Of a stretch of DNA of 32,531 nucleotides, positions 27,280-32,531 are shown one piece after another; within the stretch, counting starts at the first letter, position 1, and each line of letters starts with the position of its first letter. The position numbers and the translations under genes were made by a program. The stretch lies in the IMG/VR virus record IMGVR_UViG_2568526722_000005; one strand, given 5' to 3'. The notes under the pieces are model-generated. The model was given only the letters and a program-made list of their open reading frames with translations, did not search any database and had not been told where the DNA came from. The DNA is from a virus (Duplodnaviria; Heunggongvirae; Uroviricota; Caudoviricetes).

Positions 27280-27448
27280 TCCCTGCGTCCTCTAACCTTT
27301 TGATATAGCGGTCCTCCAAGAAGCGGTAAATTTTGTCGAAATCATCTTTCCCCTCTGGTTTATTCAGAGGATTACAGGACCCGTAAGTAGCGGCATACAT
27401 TTCAACCGTTTTATCAAAAATATAAGAGACAAATTCTTCTTTAGTCAT
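27248..27448 (-). CDS. Hypothetical 66-aa protein, antisense within the dicB operon
   Basis: MTKEEFVSYIFDKTVEMYAATYGSCNPLNKPEGKDDFDKIYRFLEDRYIKRLEDAGIKSPVKSPLS; AAGGA Shine-Dalgarno 8 nt upstream; convergent with the upstream plus-strand ORF and overlapping its 3' end. Confidence 0.4.
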   Translation of the reverse strand: MTKEEFVSYIFDKTVEMYAATYGSCNPLNKPEGKDDFDKIYRFLEDRYIKRLEDAGIKSPVKSPLS

Positions 27449-27723
27449 ATAGATTTCCTTCTTGGTTATTCGGGATAAGAAGGATACCACCTCGCCTGAC
27501 GTGGTTAAAAGCAGGCACACAACACGAAAGCGCACGGCGAAGTTCGTCTCACTGTACGGTGTCGTTAAATTTAATTCGACCGTGCGCTTCCGGTTGTGGC
27601 AACCCGCGAAATGGCGCGGCGGTAAGTATGGCGGGGTTATTCCTTCCCCGTTGAGGACACCGAGTTGTCAGGTTGACCATACGCTTAAGTGACAACCCCG
27701 CTGCAACGCCCTCTGTTATCAAT

Positions 27724-27780
27724 TTTCTGGTGACGTTTGGCGGTATCAGTTTTACTCCGTGACTGCTCTGCCGCCGTTTT
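27724..27780 (+). ncRNA. dicF: DicF small regulatory RNA
   Basis: TTTCTGGTGACGTTTGGCGGTATCAGTTTTACTCCGTGACTGCTCTGCCGCC followed by GTTTTT matches the K-12 DicF sRNA as I recall it; located between the ydfABC-like genes and dicB as in Qin; preceded by a highly structured region. Confidence 0.85.
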
Positions 27781-27950
27781 TAAAGTGAATTTTGTGATGC
27801 GGTGAATGCGGCTAAGCGCACGCGGAACAGTTAAAACCAAAAACAGTGTTATGGGTGGATTCTCTGTATCCGGCGTTAATTGTTAACTGGTTAACGTCAC
27901 CTGGAGGCACCAGGCACTGCATCACAAAATTCATTGTTGAGGACGCGATA

Positions 27951-28139
27951 ATGAAAACGTTATTACCAAACGTTAATACGTCTGAAGGTTGTTTTGAAAT
28001 TGGTGTCACTATCAGTAACCCTGTATTTACTGAAGATGCCATTAACAAGAGAAAACAAGAACGGGAGCTATTAAATAAAATATGCATTGTTTCAATGCTG
28101 GCTCGTTTACGTCTGATGCCAAAAGGATGTGCACAATGA
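27951..28139 (+). CDS. dicB: Cell-division inhibitor DicB, 62 aa
   Basis: MKTLLPNVNTSEGCFEIGVTISNPVFTEDAINKRKQERELLNKICIVSMLARLRLMPKGCAQ matches K-12 DicB. Confidence 0.9.
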   Translation: MKTLLPNVNTSEGCFEIGVTISNPVFTEDAINKRKQERELLNKICIVSMLARLRLMPKGCAQ

Positions 28140-28327
28140 ATTCAGCATTTGCGCTTGTTCTGACAGTTTTTCTTGTTTCCGGAGAGCCAGTTGATATTGC
28201 AGTCAGTGTTCACAAGACAATGCAGGAGTGTATGACTGCAGCAACCGAACAGAAAATTCCCGGTAACTGTTACCCGGTCGATAAAGTTATTCACCAGGAT
28301 AATATCGAAATCCCGGCAGGTCTTTAA
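28136..28327 (+). CDS. ydfD: YdfD-like small membrane/lysis protein, 63 aa
   Basis: MNSAFALVLTVFLVSGEPVDIAVSVHKTMQECMTAATEQKIPGNCYPVDKVIHQDNIEIPAGL matches K-12 YdfD; start overlaps the dicB stop (ATGA). Confidence 0.85.
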   Translation: MNSAFALVLTVFLVSGEPVDIAVSVHKTMQECMTAATEQKIPGNCYPVDKVIHQDNIEIPAGL

Positions 28328-28420
28328 AACAGTTCCGTAATAAATATCCGGTTTCATTCTTATATGCCAGCAATGGCAGGGATTTGTTCATCCTTAAATC
28401 TGTCATGAGGTTAAAACAAA

Positions 28421-30892
28421 ATGAGTAAAGTCTTTATTTGCGCCGCTATTCCTGACGAACTGGCAACAAGGGAAGAAGGCGCTGTGGCTGTAGCCACAGC
28501 CATTGAAGCTGGCGACGAACGCCGTGCTCGAGCAAAATTTCACTGGCAGTTCCTGGAACATTATCCGGCTGCTCAGGACTGCGCTTATAAATTTATTGTC
28601 TGCGAGGATAAACCTGGCATACCCCGCCCTGCCCTCGATTCATGGGATGCTGAATATATGCAGGAAAACCGCTGGGATGAGGAGTCTGCTTCTTTTGTCC
28701 CGGTTGAGACTAAATCCGATCCGATGAACGTCACTTTTGACAAGCTGGCCCCTGAAGTACAGAACGCTGTCATGGTTAAGTTCGACACATGTGAAAACAT
28801 CACCGTTGATATGGTTATTAGCGCACAGGAATTGTTGCAGGAAGACATGGCAACATTCGACGGACATATCGTTGAAGCGTTGATGAAAATGCCAGAAGTT
28901 AACGCCATGTTTCCGGAGCTTAAGTTGCACGCCATTGGGTGGGTTAAGCATAAATGTATTCCTGGTGCTAAATGGCCCGAAATTCAGGCAGAGATGCGCA
29001 TCTGGAAAAAACGTCGCGAAGGTGAACGCAAGGAAACCGGAAAATACACGTCTGTTGTTGATCTCGCCCGCACCAGAGCCAATCAACAGTACACTGAAAA
29101 TTCAACAGGAAAAATCAGCCCGGTCATTGCTGCCATTCATCGCGAATACAAGCAGACATGGAAAACACTGGATGACGAACTGGCCTACGCTCTCTGGCCT
29201 GGTGATGTGGATGCCGGAAACATTGACGGCAGCATCCATCGCTGGGCAAAAAAAGAAGTTATCGACAACGACCGCGAAGACTGGAAGCGTATCTCGGCAT
29301 CAATGCGCAAACAGCCTGATGCCCTTCGCTACGCCCGCCAAACTATTTTTGGCCTTGTCCGTGAGCGTCCGATCGACATTCACAAAGATCCCGTAGCACT
29401 GAACAAATATATCTGCGAATACCTGACGACAAAGGGCGTGTTTGAGAATGAAGAAACAGACCTGGGCACTGTTGATGTTCTCCAGTCATCAGAAACACAA
29501 ACTGATGCAGTGGAAACTGAGGTATCTGATATCCCAAAAAATGAAACCGCGCCGGAAGCTGAACCATCTGTAGAGCGTGAGGGGCCGTTCTATTTCCTCT
29601 TCGCAGATAAGGACGGAGAAAAATACGGTCGCGCAAACAAACTTTCTGGTCTGGATAAGGCACTGGCTGCTGGCGCCACTGAAATCACAAAAGAAGAATA
29701 TTTTGCCCGAAAAAATGGCACATACACGGGCTTACCGCAAAATGTAGATACCGCTGAAGATTCAGAACAACCAGAACCGATAAAAGTTACCGCTGACGAA
29801 GTAAACAAAATTATGCAGGCAGCCAATATCAGCCAGCCTGACGCCGATAAGTTGCTTGCTGCATCACGTGGTGAATTTGTTGAAGGGATTAGTGACCCGA
29901 ATGATCCGAAATGGGTTAAGGGGATCCAGACCCGCGATTCTGTGAACCAGAACCAGCATGAATCGGAACGGAACTACCAAAAAGCGGAACAAAACAGCCC
30001 AAATGCGTTACAAAACGAGCCAGAAACGAAACAGCCTGAACCAGTGGCGCAACAGGAAGTGGAAAAAGTCTGCACCGCCTGCGGTCAGACCGGCGGCGGC
30101 AACTGCCCTGATTGTGGCGCGGTGATGGGCGACGCAACATACCAAGAAACATTCGATGAAGAGTATCAGGTTGAAGTTCAGGAAGATGATCCGGAGGAAA
30201 TGGAAGGCGCTGAACATCCACACAAGGAGAACACTGGCGGCAATCAGCATCACAATAGCGATAATGAAACTGGCGAGACGGCAGATCACTCAATTAAGGT
30301 GAACGGTCATCACGAAATCACATCCACTAGCAGGACGTGTGACCATCTAATGATCGACCTTGAAACCATGGGAAAAAATCCTGATGCCCCGATCATCTCA
30401 ATAGGTGCAATATTTTTCGATCCGCAAACCGGAGATATGGGACCGGAATTTAGTAAGACTATCGATCTGGAAACTGCTGGCGGAGTCATTGATCGGGACA
30501 CCATTAAATGGTGGCTTAAGCAATCACGCGAAGCGCAATCTGCCATTATGACCGATGAAATCCCGTTAGATGATGCACTGTTACAATTGCGGGAATTTAT
30601 CGACGAAAACTCCGGTGAATTTTTTGTTCAGGTTTGGGGAAATGGAGCCAACTTCGACAACACGATTTTGCGCCGTTCATACGAACGGCAGGGGATCCCC
30701 TGCCCGTGGCGTTACTACAACGATCGCGATGTACGCACAATCGTTGAGCTGGGGAAAGCCATAGACTTCGATGCCAGAACGGCTATTCCATTCGAAGGTG
30801 AGCGCCATAATGCACTTGATGACGCCCGTTACCAGGCAAAATACGTTTCAGTTATCTGGCAAAAACTGATCCCGAGTCAGGCTGATTCTTAA
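28421..30892 (+). CDS. RecE/YdfE-like 823-aa protein with C-terminal DnaQ-like (DEDDh) 3'-5' exonuclease domain and internal zinc-ribbon motif
   Basis: N-terminal and central regions resemble RecE/YdfE-family prophage proteins (segment KLLAASRGEFVEGISDPNDPKWVKGIQTRD recalled from RecE); C-terminal about 200 aa carry exo motifs MIDLET, WGNGANFD and HNALDDARYQ; CTACGQTGGGNCPDCG Cys4 motif at about 30060..30125. Confidence 0.75.
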   Translation: MSKVFICAAIPDELATREEGAVAVATAIEAGDERRARAKFHWQFLEHYPAAQDCAYKFIVCEDKPGIPRPALDSWDAEYMQENRWDEESASFVPVETKSDPMNVTFDKLAPEVQNAVMVKFDTCENITVDMVISAQELLQEDMATFDGHIVEALMKMPEVNAMFPELKLHAIGWVKHKCIPGAKWPEIQAEMRIWKKRREGERKETGKYTSVVDLARTRANQQYTENSTGKISPVIAAIHREYKQTWKTLDDELAYALWPGDVDAGNIDGSIHRWAKKEVIDNDREDWKRISASMRKQPDALRYARQTIFGLVRERPIDIHKDPVALNKYICEYLTTKGVFENEETDLGTVDVLQSSETQTDAVETEVSDIPKNETAPEAEPSVEREGPFYFLFADKDGEKYGRANKLSGLDKALAAGATEITKEEYFARKNGTYTGLPQNVDTAEDSEQPEPIKVTADEVNKIMQAANISQPDADKLLAASRGEFVEGISDPNDPKWVKGIQTRDSVNQNQHESERNYQKAEQNSPNALQNEPETKQPEPVAQQEVEKVCTACGQTGGGNCPDCGAVMGDATYQETFDEEYQVEVQEDDPEEMEGAEHPHKENTGGNQHHNSDNETGETADHSIKVNGHHEITSTSRTCDHLMIDLETMGKNPDAPIISIGAIFFDPQTGDMGPEFSKTIDLETAGGVIDRDTIKWWLKQSREAQSAIMTDEIPLDDALLQLREFIDENSGEFFVQVWGNGANFDNTILRRSYERQGIPCPWRYYNDRDVRTIVELGKAIDFDARTAIPFEGERHNALDDARYQAKYVSVIWQKLIPSQADS

Positions 30893-30964
30893 TGTTCAAC
30901 TGTCGCCGGTTGTGACTGGTATTCTGCAACCGGCGCTCGTCTGATGTAAGAGATAAAGAAATCG

Positions 30965-31216
30965 ATGAGCGAAGTAATCATGATTGTCTCTCCCGGCAAA
31001 TGGGTATCCGAAGAGCAGTTAATTGCGCTGAAAGGAATAAAAAAAGGTACGTTAAAAAAGGCCCGGGAAAAATCGTTTATGGAAGGAAGGGAATATAAGC
31101 ATGTCGCTCATGACGGTATGCCATGGGATAACAGTCCATGCTTTTACAACCTGGAAGAAATTGATCGCTGGATTGAGCGCCAGGCATCAGCGAGACCAAG
31201 ACGTCATCTTACTTGA
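30965..31216 (+). CDS. xis: Excisionase-like protein (lambda Xis family-like)
   Basis: 83-aa protein immediately upstream of the integrase with a W...GREY-containing segment reminiscent of lambda Xis. Confidence 0.65.
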   Translation: MSEVIMIVSPGKWVSEEQLIALKGIKKGTLKKAREKSFMEGREYKHVAHDGMPWDNSPCFYNLEEIDRWIERQASARPRRHLT

Positions 31217-31250
31217 CTAAAAGCCACACTAACTAATGAGAGAAGTTGAA

Positions 31251-32531
31251 ATGAAATATCCGACAGGCGTGGAAAACCATGGAGGGAAATTACGTATCTG
31301 GTTTGTTTATAAAGGCGTAAGAGTCAGGGAAAATCTGGGGGTTCCTGACACAGCAAAAAACAGGCGCGTTGCAGGTGAACTACGCTCCTCTGTTTGTTAC
31401 GCAATAAAAACTGGTGTTTTCGACTATGCAAAACAGTTTCCCTCCTCACGCAATCTGGAAAAATTTGGTGAGGCCCGACAAGATTTAACCATAAAAGAAC
31501 TGGCTGAAAAATTTCTGGCACTGAAAGAAAATGAAGTCGCCAAAACATCACTCAACACATACCGTGCCGTCATCAAAAATATCCTGAGCATAATCGGTGA
31601 AAAAAATCTTGCCTCATCGATTAATAAAGAAAAATTACTGGAGGTTCGTAAAGAGCTACTGACTGGATACCAGATCCCCAAAAGTAACTATATTGTTACA
31701 CAACCAGGGAGATCGGCTGTAACTGTAAATAATTACATGACAAATCTTAACGCCGTGTTCCAGTTTGGTGTTGATAACGGTTACCTGGCAGATAATCCGT
31801 TTAAGGGGATCTCGCCATTAAAGGAATCAAGAACCATTCCGGATCCTCTTTCGCGGGAGGAATTTATCCGTCTTATCGATGCGTGCAGAAATCAGCAAGC
31901 AAAAAATTTATGGTGTGTTTCTGTTTATACTGGCGTTCGCCCTGGTGAGCTGTGTGCACTTGGATGGGAGGACATAGATCTGAAAAATGGAACAATGATG
32001 ATCAGGAGAAATTTAGCAAAAGACCGTTTCACGGTACCAAAAACACAGGCGGGAACCAATCGGGTCATTCATCTTATTAAGCCAGCAATCGACGCTCTCC
32101 GGAGTCAGATGACATTAACGAGACTGAGTAAAGAGCATATCATTGATGTTCACCTCAGAGAGTATGGCAGAACAGAAAAACAAAAATGCACCTTTGTTTT
32201 TCAACCTGAAGTGTCAGCGAGAGTAAAAAATTATGGTGACCATTTTACCGTTGACTCAATAAGGCAGATGTGGGACGCAGCGATAAAACGTGCCGGACTC
32301 CGCCATCGAAAATCATATCAGTCGAGACATACTTATGCCTGCTGGTCGCTGACAGCTGGTGCTAACCCCGCATTTATAGCAAACCAGATGGGCCATGCAG
32401 ATGCGCAAATGGTATTTCAGGTATACGGAAAATGGATGTCTGAAAACAATAATGCACAGGTAGCTTTGTTAAATACACAGTTAAGCGAGTTTGCCCCAAC
32501 CATGCCCCATAACGAAGCAATAAAAAATTAA
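31251..32531 (+). CDS. int: Tyrosine integrase (lambda Int family)
   Basis: About 426 aa with tyrosine-recombinase catalytic region (TGVRPGE, RHTYA, C-terminal Tyr); ends at the window edge with TAA; start taken at the second ATG, which has the better Shine-Dalgarno. Confidence 0.9.
   Translation: MKYPTGVENHGGKLRIWFVYKGVRVRENLGVPDTAKNRRVAGELRSSVCYAIKTGVFDYAKQFPSSRNLEKFGEARQDLTIKELAEKFLALKENEVAKTSLNTYRAVIKNILSIIGEKNLASSINKEKLLEVRKELLTGYQIPKSNYIVTQPGRSAVTVNNYMTNLNAVFQFGVDNGYLADNPFKGISPLKESRTIPDPLSREEFIRLIDACRNQQAKNLWCVSVYTGVRPGELCALGWEDIDLKNGTMMIRRNLAKDRFTVPKTQAGTNRVIHLIKPAIDALRSQMTLTRLSKEHIIDVHLREYGRTEKQKCTFVFQPEVSARVKNYGDHFTVDSIRQMWDAAIKRAGLRHRKSYQSRHTYACWSLTAGANPAFIANQMGHADAQMVFQVYGKWMSENNNAQVALLNTQLSEFAPTMPHNEAIKN

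Noticed and set aside
27462-27692. 76-aa plus-strand ORF immediately upstream of DicF
   Set aside because: Basic low-complexity translation lying across the heavily base-paired DicF precursor region; more likely RNA structure than protein, although a small ydfC-like gene cannot be excluded.
28585-30546. Several minus-strand ORFs (28585..28935, 28640..29086, 29343..29663, 29916..30293, 30310..30546) inside the 823-aa exonuclease gene
   Set aside because: Antisense to a long, coherent plus-strand ORF with recognisable motifs; the translations are Cys/Arg-rich junk.
30893-31216. RecT-like annealase or Gam-like gene downstream of the exonuclease
   Set aside because: The only ORF between the exonuclease and int is the 83-aa Xis-like protein; no ORF of suitable size (about 270 aa) exists there.

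Overview
The window is essentially one lambdoid prophage of an Escherichia-type enterobacterium, organised like the K-12 Qin/DLP12 elements but apparently far more complete. Protein identities are recalled from memory of lambda, phage 21 and K-12 prophage proteins, not from any search. Left to right: lambda-type tail genes on the minus strand (L partial, M, H, G-T with a frameshift, V, U, Z), head genes (FII-like, ClpP-protease/major-capsid fusion, portal, W), terminase (TerL, Nu1-like TerS) and a lambda-like cos. Then an AT-rich late/moron region: GnsB-like, a CspA-family gene, Rz/Rz1, SAR endolysin, a plus-strand moron, a phage-21-type pinholin, a blc-like lipocalin gene split by an IS3 with a 3-bp duplication, and a QuuD-type Q with a short PR'-tR' leader. 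Then a nin-like region (DUF968/YdfU-like, hokD toxin, small membrane and acidic ORFs), an O-like initiator with five iterons, and the DicC/DicA immunity switch with repeated operators. The right end holds ydfA, DicF sRNA, dicB, ydfD, an 823-aa RecE/YdfE-like protein with a DEDDh exonuclease C-terminus, xis and int. No tRNA, rRNA or CRISPR array was seen. I could not identify a canonical large defence system; the best candidates for undescribed functions are the small accessory ORFs listed in the findings.
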